Below are positions 51,370 through 63,800 of a stretch of DNA of 64,000 nt, piece by piece; position 1 is the first letter of the stretch; every line of letters begins with the position of its first letter. The stretch is from assembly GCA_029717555.1 (NCBI GenBank), contig JAMDHS010000037.1:62001-126000 (forward strand), read 5' to 3'. A program made the position numbers and the translations under genes. Below the pieces are notes generated by a model. The model saw nothing but the letters and a program-made list of their open reading frames with translations. It was not told where the DNA came from and did no database searches. Source of the stretch: Peribolospora baueri (Eukaryota).

Positions 51370-54196
51370 TCAGTACGGAGAGGCGGTGTGGTCCCCCCCT
51401 CGGTAGTGCGCGGAAAGGTCGTTGCTCGAAAAGGCCGGACTCTGGTGGCCTTGGTAGTAGCCTTCGGACGGGTGTGGGGACGCGTATTGCCCGACTCCGT
51501 ACTGCCCGCTGCCGTATTGTCCTCCGCCGTATCCTCCACCGTACTGTCCCCCGCCGTACTGTTCTCCTCCATACTGTCCCTCGCCATGCTGTCCCCCGCC
51601 GTACTGTCCCCCGCCATACTGTCCCCCACCGTACTGTCCCCCGCCGTACTGTCCCCCTCCATACTGCCCCCCACCATACTGATTAAGGGCCTCCCTCGAC
51701 TCTCCTCCAAAGTCGTTCATACGGTAAGTGTCAGGCGCCTGCAAGCTATCGGCCGCAATGCTATCGCGCCCCCTGTTGTCGCCCATCGCAAGGCCACGGA
51801 CGGACGAGGAGGGCGTGCCGACTTGTGCGTAGCCGGCCGCCGGTGGCACGTTGGCTGCCCAGCCGCTGGTGGGGCCGCTGGAGTAGGGCGGGGCGCCGGC
51901 GCCGCCGACGGGCTTGGCGGTGCGTCGCCAGCGCCAGCAGCCGATGGCGATGGCGGCGACGATGACGACGGCGACGCCGATGATGATGCCGATCCACATG
52001 CCTTTGTGCTGCTCGAACGTGCTCGGGTTAGCCGACGAGGAAAACTTGTTGTTGTTGATCGGCGCCGGGAGCTTGGCGAGGGCGGCGCCGACGTTGGGAG
52101 TGAACGGCATCGAGCCGACGTTCTTGCCGTCGGTGCCGATCATGACCATGGTGCCGTTGCTCGGCACGCCGTCAATGGTGACGAACAGCAGCGCGGGGCC
52201 AGGCGGGAAGATGTTGGGGTTGGGCGGCATCGGGTTGACCATGTATTCGGCTGAGCCGTCGCCCTGAACGGTGTAAGTGTACTCGAGTTCCAACGAGCGT
52301 TGTCCCTGGGGAAGCGAAAGACAGAGACACCGAGTGAGCAGCAAAGCGTGACATCGACGAACAGAGACGGCAACGAACCATGTTCATAGCGTGGGTGGAA
52401 AAGCCAGGACGAATGACCATAAACTTGGTATTATTGGCCTTGTAGTTTGCGTTGATGCCCATGAAACCGCCATCAACGGTAACGTTGAACGTCGCGCCGC
52501 CGTACGGGATCCACGACGGCACGTTCTGCGGGGAGGGGCGGGACTTGAAGAAATAAGGCGGGTACCATTTTTCGATCTCGTAGGTGGTGTTGAACGCCTG
52601 CGGCGTCGAGCCGAGCGGCATGCTGAGCGACACGTCCTGGTGCGGGTTCGAGCCGGCGACAAGAACCGATCCGTCGGGGACGAGGATAGCAGAAGAGTGG
52701 TAGAGGCGGGCGATCGTCGAGGAGCCGAAACCGGCGTTGGTGATCCGCCGTCCCGCGGGCTTGTCGGGGTCGTAGAGGACGGGGGTGTAGGTGGGGGACT
52801 GGGAGAGACCCTCGGTGTAGATGGTCTGACCGTTGACGAGGACCTGGTTCCAGGTGGCGTTGGTGTATCCGGCGGTGCCGTATTGGGCGCCGTTGACGAT
52901 GACCATTTGGCCGGTGGGGAGGTGAATGAACTGGCCCATGGTGCGACCCTCGGGGAGATCATCGTCTTGCTGGTAGGCGACGTTGGGCGTTTGGTTTCCC
53001 TGGCCATCCTCGGGGTTGATAGAGTGGCACTTTTTGGAGGCCTCGACGTTGAGGATGTTTTCGCCGGGGCCGGTGTAGTTGCCCCACTGGAGGTCGGTCA
53101 TGATGGAGCCGCCGCAGAAGAGGATGGTGGGGGCGTAGTTGTTTTTGGCCTTGCTCAAGGGGAGCATGGCGGTGGCGCCGGAGGCGGGATAGACGCGGAT
53201 GATGCCGTCGGGCATGTCGGGCAGGGGGATTTCTCTGTTGGGGATGTGATCCCAGAGGATGGTGGATATGTTGGCCTGAACGAAAAGCTTTCCGGAGGGC
53301 ATCAAGAAGGTGTGAGGGTACATGTTGAGGCCTGGGGGAGGAAAGAGAGGAGATAGATGAGAAGGAGGAAGAGACGGAGGAAGAGACGGAGGAAGAGACG
53401 GAGGAAGAGACGAGAAGAAGTACCGCAACTCACCAGAGGTATCGCACATAAACTGCATCTGCTGCTGAGGGCCCTTGGAAGGAAAGTACTCGTAGGTGGG
53501 GTTAGCTCCTCCGCCGTCCAAGGCCGGGCCTTCGAAGCAAGGGCTGGTGTTGGGCGTGTTGCGGTTGATGTAACCTCCGCTTTGGGCTCCGCCGATGAGG
53601 ATGAGGGAACCGTCGGCGAGGACTTCTGCGCCGGGGTACCAGCGCTGGGACTGCATTTGGAGGGCGGCGTTGGTGGGGGAATCGAGCCACTGGAGGTCCG
53701 AGTCTTGGGCAACGGGCTGCAAGAGGCGGATGGCCTTGCGGCCGTCAAAGTCATCGTAGGGACCGGTGCCGGTGGTGACGGCGGCGCCTCCGTAGCCGAT
53801 GGCCTGGTTTCCGCCTGCGACGACCCAAGTGCCGTTGCCGAGGACGCCTCCGGAGGCGCAAAAGGTGTTGGAGTTGACGTTGACGGGGGTGACCGAGTTG
53901 TCGACGAGGGAGAAGATGGAACCCCATACGGGCTTTCCGCCGAGGGTGTGAGGGTTGCCCTCGACCTTGTCTAGGATCAGGACAGCGGTCTCGGTGGCGA
54001 GGGCCATCATCATGGCGGAGGCCTGCGAGTCTGGGTTGACGACCTCGTACTGGCCGGAGAGGTCTGCGGTGACGAGGCCGGCGGAGGCGGCGAGGAGGGC
54101 GCAGAGAAGCGGGCGGGCGAGGCGGAGGCTACAACTACGGCGGCGGCGGGCGGCACGCCGCGAGCCTGCTGGCGACGTGCGAGCTGGGGGGGCCAT
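51370..54196 (-). CDS. Copper radical oxidase / glyoxal oxidase-like (AA5_1) with signal peptide, C-terminal TM helix and cytoplasmic tail
   Basis: Active-site motifs NTFCASG (Cys), RWYP (Tyr), ARLYHS (Tyr, His) and GFSTHAMNM|GQR (His). Signal-like LLCALLAASAGLVTA; TM segment WIGIIIGVAVVIVAAIAIGCW. Confidence 0.92.
51484..51681 (-). repeat. Coding 15-bp tandem repeat encoding (GGGQY)n, about 13 units
   Basis: Repeated gtactgtcccccgcc-like units on the + strand. Confidence 0.95.
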
Positions 54197-55271
54197 GACG
54201 GCGAGGGCGAGGCTGGGGGAGCGTCTGCGAGGGAAAGAGGGTATGAAAAGAAGAGGGGGCGGCGGGGGGGAGTATGGGGAGGGGGGAGGAGGGAGGGGAG
54301 ATAGGGGCTGAGGATGGGATGGGATAGGGGAGGAGGGGAGGAAGATGGTAGATGGGGAGGAAGATGAGGATGATACGAAAAGACGAGACGATGAAGGTGG
54401 ACGACGGGATGAGACGAGATGAGAGACGATGATGGACGCCGGCGACGCGACCAGCCAGCAAGCCAGCCAAGCCAGTCCACCCGGCCCTGGACAACGGCTG
54501 GACTTAAAGCTTGGCTCTGGCTCTGGCTGGCTCGCTCTCACGCCGCCTCAAGTCCGTCCGTCCGTCCGTCACTCACTCACTCACTCAACGCTCTCAGGGC
54601 GACCGATCGAGGCCAGACGACGACGGGGCCGCCAATGCCAGCACCAGCACCAGCACCAGCCGGCCAGCCCGCCGTCTTGCGCGCCCACCTTGGGGGGGCG
54701 AGCGAGCGAGCGAGCGAGGCCGAGGGAAAGGGGCCAAGCGGATGCGCTCTCGCCCACCGCGCCCCGGCATTTCATTTCATTTGCCCTCGCCGGGTTTGTA
54801 ATATTGTAATTCGACGACCGAACAATAACAATTAACAAGGGCCCCTCCCAGCCGCTCCGCCGCCAGCCGCTCCGGCGCCGGCCTACGTCCCTTCTAGGCC
54901 GTTCTAATCCATTCGGACGTCGGCAGCTTTGCTAAACCTGGAGTCCGGCCGAGCGGTGGTTGGTCGGTCGGTTGTGTCTGAAAAACGACCACCCACCACC
55001 AACGACCAGCCACACGACCGACAGCAGCAGTGAGACGGAGGGGCCGATGGGAAGATGGAAGACGACGACGCAGGAGATGACACCGAACGAAATCCTCACC
55101 GCCCGCCTCCCATCCCATCTCCCATGTACGCGCCTGCGTGGCCCTCACCTCCTCATGCTCATGCGCGCGCAATCTATGCGAGGTGCGACCTTTCCTTTCA
55201 TTTCATTTCCTTTCCTTTCCTTTTCTTTCCTTTCCGCTCGACACTTGACACTGCAGTGTGTATACACGGAC

Positions 55272-55367
55272 AGATAAATAGACAAACAGACAAACAGACA
55301 AACAGACAAACAGACAAATAGACAAATAGACAAATAGACAAATAGACAAATAGACAAATAGACAAAT
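55272..55367. repeat. 8-bp minisatellite AGACAAAY, 12 units
   Basis: agataaat, then (agacaaac)x4, then (agacaaat)x7. Confidence 0.95.
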
Positions 55368-57494
55368 AGATAGACAGGATGCCAACGGACTCACTTCTGT
55401 GCATGTATGTATCGACGAGCCACCCTCTGTTGTCCGTCCGTCCACCACCGCCAGGGGTGCCGACGTCGAGCGGCCACCGTCGAGCAACGATGCCGAACAG
55501 CCGCCCGCCGCTTCCTCTCTCTCTCTCTCTCGCCCCTTCGGCTGTCCCGGCCGGCCGGCCGTCGGCATCGAATGCAAGCCAGCCACAGCCAGCCAGGTAC
55601 AGTGTCGCTGTGTTGGTGTGTGTTGCCGTCCCTCCATCTACCCTTTCAGCCACCCCCTGTATGGCCGGTCTTGCCGATGACCCCCTCCTCCTCTCAACGC
55701 CATCCTCGCCTGCATGCCTGCATGCCTACCTGCCGGCACCTGTCCCATCGCATCAGATAGCATCGCACGGTGTCGTGTCGTGTCGTGTCGTGTCTCGTTT
55801 CTGTCCTGTCTCATCCAAACACATTCCTCCCTCGCCCGCCTCCTTTTTTATTTTTTATTTTTTATATTTTATTTTCATACTTTCCTTCTCGTCGCGGCCA
55901 CGACGACGATGAGATGTGATTAGATCGCCGCGCTGTAGGCGGCGTATATACGAAGGACACAGCGGACAAAGCCGGGGCCGAAAACGGGTCCAGTTGGACA
56001 AGAGTCCGAGCGAGTTCGCCCCGACCGACGGACGTCCCTGGTCACGGTCATGGCCATGGCCACGGCCACGGCGACGGAGCGCGCATGCGTCGCCTACCTA
56101 CAAGCGGACGCGGCGGCCTACCGCAAAGCAAAACAGAAGATGGTGGATGGATGGATGGATGGGATGGACGAGTGGAGAAAAGACCGACGACTGACCGACT
56201 CACCGACCGACCCAGCCGTCATCGACGACCCGTAACCCTCCGTCCATCCGTCCCATCCATCCTCCAGCTCGCCGTCCCCCTCCGTCCACGGCCGACCACC
56301 GCACGCGGCGTTTCATCCATCCATCCATCCACCTTCCACTCCCATCGAACTGCGGCCATTTGGCCATTTGACTTCCCCTGCCGCAGCAGCCCTTCTTCCG
56401 ATCAGGCACGTCTGATGGCCCGCCCACGGTGCGCCCGCCGCAATTCCGCTCACGTCGTCCGTCTCTCTTATATGTAGCTGATGAACGCCATGGGCGGTGC
56501 TGACATAAAGCAGTGTCGTCGTCGTCGTCGCCAGCCCATCTCTCGTCCTTTCCTCTTCCTCCTCCTTTTTCTCCTCCTCGTCTAGTCTCAGACGCGGACG
56601 AGCCTTGCCAGTCATCGGTCGTCGGTCGTCGTTCGTCGTTTGTCATTCGTCGTTCATCGGTCGCCGATAGGCCAGAGAAGAGCGCAGGCCTGCTCTTGCC
56701 TAACCCCTCCCATTCTGACCTTTCTTGACGCGGACGCTGGTCTCTGTTTTTTCCTTCTTCCTTTCTTCTTTCTTCTTTCACCCCCTCGCTCGCTCGCTCG
56801 CTTTACAGTCGTACGTACGACAGCCCGTCCACCGATCCGGCATGACCGCCCCGTTGCGCCTCTTCCTCTCCTCCCTCCTCCTCCTCCTCCTCCTCGCATC
56901 CGCGGCCCAAGCCACGCGCCACGCGCCACGCGCCACGGATCGTCTCACGTCGTCGCCGGCAAAGACGCCCCCTCCTTCGCCACACCTCTCCCCTCTCCCA
57001 CACCCCTCGCCCACCCCTGGTCCCCGGCCTCGACGGTGACGGTCACCTGGGACGCCGCCGACGACGACAACGAGGTGCACCACCGCGGCGTCGGCTGGGG
57101 AAAGCTTCGCCGCCGCTGGGCTCGACGACCACGGTGACGACGACGATGCGCCTTATCGCCGCCATCTCCAACATCGCCATTTGCTCGGTCGACACCGCCT
57201 GTTGCCGCGCGGGAGGACGTCGCAGGTGCATCGCAGCGGATTCGATCTGTGACGGACGGGATGGAGAAAATACCCGGGCCATGATGTGATGTGATGCAAA
57301 GGTATAGCACGTACTGTACACGGACGGCCGGGACGGACGGGGGGAGAAAGGGGGAATGGAGGAATGACGATGGGCCTTGTCCTTTTTGTTCGTTTCGTTT
57401 TGCTTTGCCCGAGCGGAAAAGTAAAATCTCTGTCACCATACAGACTAGATCATGTGGAGACGAGCACGCTAGGCTAGGCGAGCACGTAGGCTAG

Positions 57495-58989
57495 CTAGAC
57501 CTTGGCGGCGAAACCGCCGATCAAGTACCGAGCGACGAGGAAGACGGCGGTAGCGGCGAGGAGCATGGCGCCCGTGTAAAAAGTCATCGAGTCGAACACG
57601 TGGCCGGGCTTCGTGGTGGCCGGCGTTGGCGATGAGACGACTTCCGGCCGGTTCGCCTCCGAGGACGCCCAAGGCCATAACGGTGGACGCCATGCCGACG
57701 TAGACGCCGCTCAGCCGCGTTTCCGGGACGAGGCGGATGACGCCGGGGGTGAGCATGGCGACGAGGCCGCCGGAGAAGAAGCCGTACACGATGGCCCAGA
57801 CGACGATGGCGGCGATGGAGTGGCAGGCCGACCAGCAAAAGGCGAGGATGCTGGCCATGAGGCAGCAGACGGACACCGCGTTCGAGTTGCCCACCCGGTC
57901 GGCTGCCAAGCCGGTGACCCCATCGGCCGAAGAAAGAGGCCGAGTTGAGGATGGCGGTCACATAAAATGCCATCTCGACCGACGCTCCGCGGTACGCGGC
58001 GTAAGGGGTGAGGAAGAAAAAGGGAAGATAGGCGCCGAAGAAGGAGAGGAGACAGGCGAACGTAAAAGTCGAGTAGGCCGCGTTGGAAAAGGCCCTCTTG
58101 AACGGCGGCGGGCCTTTGCTCATATTGCGAGAAAAGCGCGTCTTTCGGATTCGCAAGCGAGCCGAACGTAAGTGAGTCGAACACCTCGAACCGATCTTAC
58201 AATGACGCTCCGCTCACCTTGGTCAGCGCCACGCCGACGAGCATGAGGGCCAGCTGTAGGAAGCCGACGGTCCTGACGGTCCAACCGAAAGATATGCCGT
58301 CAAAGTTGAGCATGCGGTTGACGACGATCGGCCAGATGACGCCGCCGAGCGAAGACCCGCTCAGGGCGAGCGAACTGGCGAGGTTCCTCTTTGTGCTGAA
58401 CCACTGCGTCGGGGCCGTGATGGCCGGGTTTGAACGAGAGGCCGAGGCCGACGCGGTGCAGATGCCCTGACCGAGAACTTCCAGTACTGGGTGCAAACGG
58501 AGGTGGTGAAGACGCCCAAAGTGAGAAAGAGGGTGCCGATCAGGTTGGGCGTCTATATCGAAGGCAGACGAGAATGAACAGAAAGGTCAACGACGTCAGA
58601 CGAGGGCGAGGGAGGGAGCGGCGGCGTGCGCTACGCGGACACGACCACCTAGCACGGCCCCATAGCGGTCGAGTAGAAGGCCGGCGGGCAGGCCGAAGCC
58701 GAAGATGCCCCACAACTGGACGCTGCCGATCCAAGCGATGGCCGACTCGGAGTGCTGGGCGAGCTGGTGTTCCTTGTACCAAGCTTCGAACACGCCGAAC
58801 GAGTTGACCCAGCCAAAGCCGCAGAACATGGTCAAGAAGCCGCCAAAACGACAAGCCAGGCTTCCTTACCGCCGTCGGGAAAGGTCATGGCCGGCGGACG
58901 GCGGGGGAGAGCTCGGGCGGCGTCTCGAGTGTGGCCAGGCTGGCGGAGACGGAGCGCATCTCAGCCATGTTGTCGTGCTCAGAGGACAT
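57495..58989 (-). pseudogene. MFS monocarboxylate-transporter-like (Mch type) gene with multiple frameshifts
   Basis: Peptides FPDGGKEAWLVV, GWVNSFGVF, IAWIGSVQ, QWFSTKRNLA, GSSLGGVIWP, LNSASFFGR and ADRVG. About seven small indels are needed to keep the frame. Confidence 0.75.
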
Positions 58990-59256
58990 TGGGATATGAT
59001 TCGAACGAAGCTAAAGGGGAAGGCGGCGGTGGCGGCCGACGCTGACGAAGTAAGGACAAAGAGGAGGAGGGAAAGAGGCGGATTGGAAGCTTGGGCAGAG
59101 ACGGCGTCATCTTGCGTATTTGTTCTTGACCAGGGCCGGCGGCTCGTTGTCGTTGCGTTGGTTCTCTTGGTCAGGTCGGGCGGACGAAGGAGAGGTGGCG
59201 GGGGCGAGCCAAGTCTGCGCGAGTGGCCTTGAAGCACGGGCGCTGGCAGTGCTGGC

Positions 59257-59465
59257 ACTCGAGGGTAAGTGAGAAAGCCCTCGAGGTACTCGAGTGGTGA
59301 GTGACGTGCTGAGGGTAAAAGAAAAAGCCCTGGAGGTACTTGAGTGGTGAGTGAAGCGCTGAGGGCTACTCGAGTGGTGAGTGTGGAAGCACTCGAGGGG
59401 TACTCGAGTGGTGAGCGAGGAAGCGCTCGAGTCTGCTCCTCGGGGTGTACTTTGGTACTCGAGTA
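59257..59465. repeat. Imperfect tandem array with a TACTCGAGTGGTGAG core
   Basis: Core copies at 59287, 59337 (one mismatch), 59367 and 59401; the palindrome TACTCGAGTA at 59456; many CTCGAG sites. Confidence 0.85.
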
Positions 59466-60857
59466 TCCGCTTTTAAGGCCATGCCGACGTCCCTCGCCGA
59501 CCCATCACCACCCTCGTATCAGCCATCGAGCGTCATTCAGCCCGGCGATTTGTGCTGGAAGGAAGGGATGGAGGTGCGAGGGTCACTCGCGGCGGCCACA
59601 ATGCGCGTCGACGGACCTTCTTTCTTCTCTCTTTACTCCCCTCGCCCCGGCCTCATCACGGAGAGGGACAAGGCGAGCGTGTGTTCGACGATCCGCGGGC
59701 GCATTTCGGGTTATTCTCATCGACTCGAGCTCGAGACGGCGAGGAGAGCCTTTCCGAGGCTGGGGCCGTTGCGATTGCGACGCCACACGTAGCTGGCTAG
59801 AATATAAAGTGCCTGTATCTATCTCATCCGAGTCTCTTAAATGGCGTTAGACACGTGCACCCCACAGTACTCGTACACGAAACGGGAACAGGTGCGAACA
59901 AGGAGCACAGGATCGAGGACGGCAAGACGGCCCATCGTGCGAGCCGGTCCAGCATAGAAGCGCGAGGCGGCTCGAAGGAGGGAAAGAGGGACGGAGGGGG
60001 GTTGATGAGCTTGCGGGAAACGTCGATGAAACCTTCGTCTTCGCTTCAAGTCGCTCGGCGGACTTGCGGGTGATATGAGCGGATCGGCAAGAGCTAGAAA
60101 GGGAGGGAGGGCGAGCGGGCGCGCTTTGCGTTCGTGGCCCATCCACCCATCATCCGTCCATCACCACCCGCCTCCGCTCCTCTCCACGGCGACGCGGCCG
60201 CTCCCGGCGGACTGCTGTCCGACGGGCGGCTCGAACCTCGAAGCGACCTGGCCGGCCCTGCGCTGGGAGGCGACGGCGGCGGCGGCGGCGAGGAGAGCGG
60301 CGCTGGACGGGGGAAAGTGCATGAAGTAGAGACGGGGCACGGGCGACGTCAGCTATGGCTCTGGTTCGGACGGGGTGAGAGGGGGGCATGCCTTATTTCT
60401 GCTTACGCGGCGAGGAGATTGCGAGGGCGGAGAAGGGGACTGGCCGTCATGGTGGTTGTGGAGACGAGACGGGCGTTGGTGGTGGGACTAGATGAAAGAG
60501 GTGAGCGAGGTCGTGCGACGAGATGGACGACAGAAGAGAGTTCAGACAGACTTCTTTACAAGGGTCTTTGGTCGACGGCGACAGCGACAGGTCAATCTCT
60601 TCCAGCCACTTCGCGCGACCCCAACAAAAAGTCGAGCGGAGACGCCGTCCGGGGAAAGCACGTGGTAGAGTTATCTAAGACAGAAGGAGAGCGGGTGCAA
60701 TGACATGAGGCGAGGGCTGGGACGCCGCTCGTCAGACACGACCTGGAATGGATGGACGATGGACGTCGACGATGGACGACGGACGACGGACGACTCATGC
60801 GACCAATGTCGAACGTCAACCACCGTCTACCCTTCGACTCGCACCTTCCAAGCCATC

Positions 60858-63800
60858 TTACGCCGCCTTCCTCTTCTTCTTCGCCCGCCCACCGCCGCCC
60901 TCGGCCATCCTCTTCTCCCTCAACCCCTCCCGTCGGAACCTCTCCTTCCTCTCCTCCTTGCTCTTCTCATCCCTCCCCTCCGTGCTCTTCTCCATCTTTT
61001 TCATTTTGGCAGCTTTCCTCTCCTCCTGCTTCTCCTTCCTCGCCTTCGTCTTCGCCGTGTGCACCGCCCGCATCTGCTGCATCAGAGCCAGCGCCTTCTT
61101 GTCGTCCCCTTCTAACACGACCGCTCGCTTTTGCATGTACGTCGGCCGCGACTGCGCTTTCATCAATCTGCCAGGAGCGTGACAAACGGAGCGCCCGGTC
61201 AACCCACAGCCCACCACCGTGCCAATCCGGTCGCTACTCACTTCGGCTTGGACGCAAAAGGTAGCGACGCCTGCAGCTTGCGCGGGATCTTGAGCTTGTT
61301 GAACCTCCTCGTCGGCCGCTCGATCGGCTGGACGAGAGAGAGCGGCAGCGGAGCGTCACACAACGCCCGGACGGCAAGACGCGTGCGTGAGCACACAGCG
61401 GCAGCGATTGAGTCGGACGAACGATAGTTCCTCCCGCCAACGGCATACGCACCTTGTACTGCGAATTGACGTCCTTCGGCGTCTTGATTCCATCCTCCCT
61501 CCGTACCTGGCCCGTCAGTCTCATCCCGCGCCATTCGCCTCCGCCGTCCTTGCGCGAAAGCAGCAGCGACGTGACGGGGTTGTAAAACTTGCGAGGCTTG
61601 ACCGAGTACCATGCTCGGAGGAAGATGATGTCTGCGACCCAGGCAGGTCGCACCGGCCAGATCAGTGAAAGGCTCCGAGTAAAAGACCTGCCATCACCGC
61701 CTTTCAGATCACTCACCGCTCATCAACAGCTTGTCCTCGAACGTCGCTCTGAAACTTCCCTCAGGCTTGCTGAGCGCCTTCTTCACCTGTCCCCTGATGC
61801 CGGAAACCGTGCGAATGTGGGCGCCTTCGAACTTGGCCACCTCCAGCGCGGTGGAGAACATGTCCTTCACAAACACCGTGTTCTTGAACACTTTCACCGG
61901 CGCACCCGTCAGCTTGAGCTTCTTGACAATCTCCGAAGACCGATCCACGTCCAACACCACTCCCGTCGCCGAGATGCGGAACGCGGGCGTGTCCGCGCCG
62001 AGCGAGTTAAACGCACAGAAGCCCGTGTTAGGCGCGCTGACGGGTCCCCAAAAGGTGGCGAGACAGTGCATGTGCTCGGGCGTGTACTTGAGCATCCGGT
62101 TTCGCTGTCCGCCGTTGTCCTCGATCGAGTAGATCGGCACCGTCTGGAAGCGCCTCCAACCGAGTGAGAAGATGAGCGGGTCGTTCGTCTTGAGAATCTT
62201 TTGGTGCCACCGATGCCGCTTGATCCGCACTTGGAGGTACCCGAACGTCTCTTCACTCGCCAGCAGACCGCCCACGAGGAGCGGGTAGGACGGGTCAAAG
62301 TGCTCGATCAACTCATACGGCACGTCATCCAGCTCGATGCGCACATACGAACCCGGTCGGTAGCCTTCAACGGCCAACCGCGTCTGCGGGTCCGCATCGG
62401 CAAACTCTTCCCGGTTGAGCGCCGCTTGTCGAGCCATCTCCTCCTTCTTCTCCTCGTAGAACGTCTTCTTCTCTCCGTCCGACGCGTCCGGGTCGTCGTA
62501 CTGCTCGTCGAACTTGCGCTTCAATGCTTCCTTCTTCTTCGCCAGCGCCTTTGCTCGCGCCTCCTCGTTTTCCTCGGTAGAGGCGCCGTCGCCGTCGCCG
62601 TCGGCCTCGAGATCCTCGAACCCGCCTTCGTCATCATCGTCCCCCTCCTCTCCATCCGACCCAGCCGCTCCCTTCCCATCATCGTCTTCACCTCCGTCGT
62701 CGCCGGTGATGAAGAGATGCCGGATCGAGTCGAGCATCCCCTCGTCCTCCCACTTTGCCAGGTCGGCCGCTCGTCTCCTTTGTCGCCGGCCCATGAGCTG
62801 GTCCGGCACATCCCTGCTTGCTTCGTCCGCTTCGTCTTCGTCCCGCTCTCCTGCGCCGTTCGTTTCCAATTCGACAGGCTTGAAAAAGTCCTCCTCCTCC
62901 TCCTCCTCCTTTCCCCCTTCTTCTCGTCCCTCATTCGCTCGCCCGCCCCTCCCCGTCCGTTTTCCGTTCTCCACCTCACCGCTGACGATCTGCTCCGCAG
63001 GTACGTCGCTTTGGTAGATGAGCCTCATGAGGTCTTGGCGACGCTGGCGCTGGTGAGAGAAGAAGGAGTCGGCTGCGCGCTCGGACAGGTTCTGCTTCCA
63101 CCGCGGCGCGTCCTCGTCCTCGTCCTCCAAATCCTCTTCCGCCAACGATCCCACCTCCTCCGCCGCTTCCTCCTCCTCCTCGGACCCGAAGCCAATCTCC
63201 GAGTCAGTGTCCGCGAATGCGAAGGTCTCCTCCTTGCCGTCATCGGCGTCAGCGTGCGAAGGGAGCGCTCTCGCCCGACTCGGAGGGCGTCCCTCGCCCT
63301 CGTCGTCCTCCCACTCATCGTCGTCCCCTTGTTCGCTGCTCCCCCCTTCTTCATCATTGTCATCGTCGCCCTCCTCGGAAAGGGGCTCCTCGTCTTCAAA
63401 GGCGGCACGCCGCACCCTTCTTGCACCCGAAGTGCTGCCCTCCGCTTCGTCTTCTCCCTCCTCGTCGTCATCGTTCACGCCGCCCACGGTGAGAGGTGCT
63501 GAGGAGGAGCCGAAGAGTCGGAGCGTGGAGGCGCGCACGCGGTCGTCGAGCGTCTCCTGCGCATCTTGCAGGTCCATCACCATTCGCACTCCTTCGTCTG
63601 GAGCAGCTGCATTGCGAGCCAGTCATTATTGAACTTGGTCAGCTCAATGTTACCGGCTCCTCTCAAATCGGACAGCACCCAACTCACCATCGTCGTTGAC
63701 GAGCTCCCCGTCCTCGCCTCTCGCGCGCGTAAAGTGGCCAGGCACATTGATGTACACGGCGTCCTTGTCAAAAATGACACCCCCAACGTCGCTCATGGGC

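Noticed and set aside
54197..57494. Possible hidden gene or ncRNA in the 3.3-kb intergenic stretch (likewise 15272-17377)
   Set aside because: It is dominated by microsatellites and purine/pyrimidine tracts. I could not support any coding, tRNA or snoRNA signature by eye, though a covariance-model search was not possible.
59257..59465. CRISPR-like repeat-spacer appearance
   Set aside because: The context is eukaryotic, the core is only 15 nt, the spacers are homologous to each other and irregular in length, and there are no cas genes.
9968..63502. Long ORFs antisense to or overlapping real genes (e.g. 11732-12706, 14192-15730, 39356-41578, 52391-53356, 62201-63502)
   Set aside because: These are shadow ORFs expected from high GC3 codon bias. 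They have no recognisable motifs and low-complexity R/G/P-rich translations.
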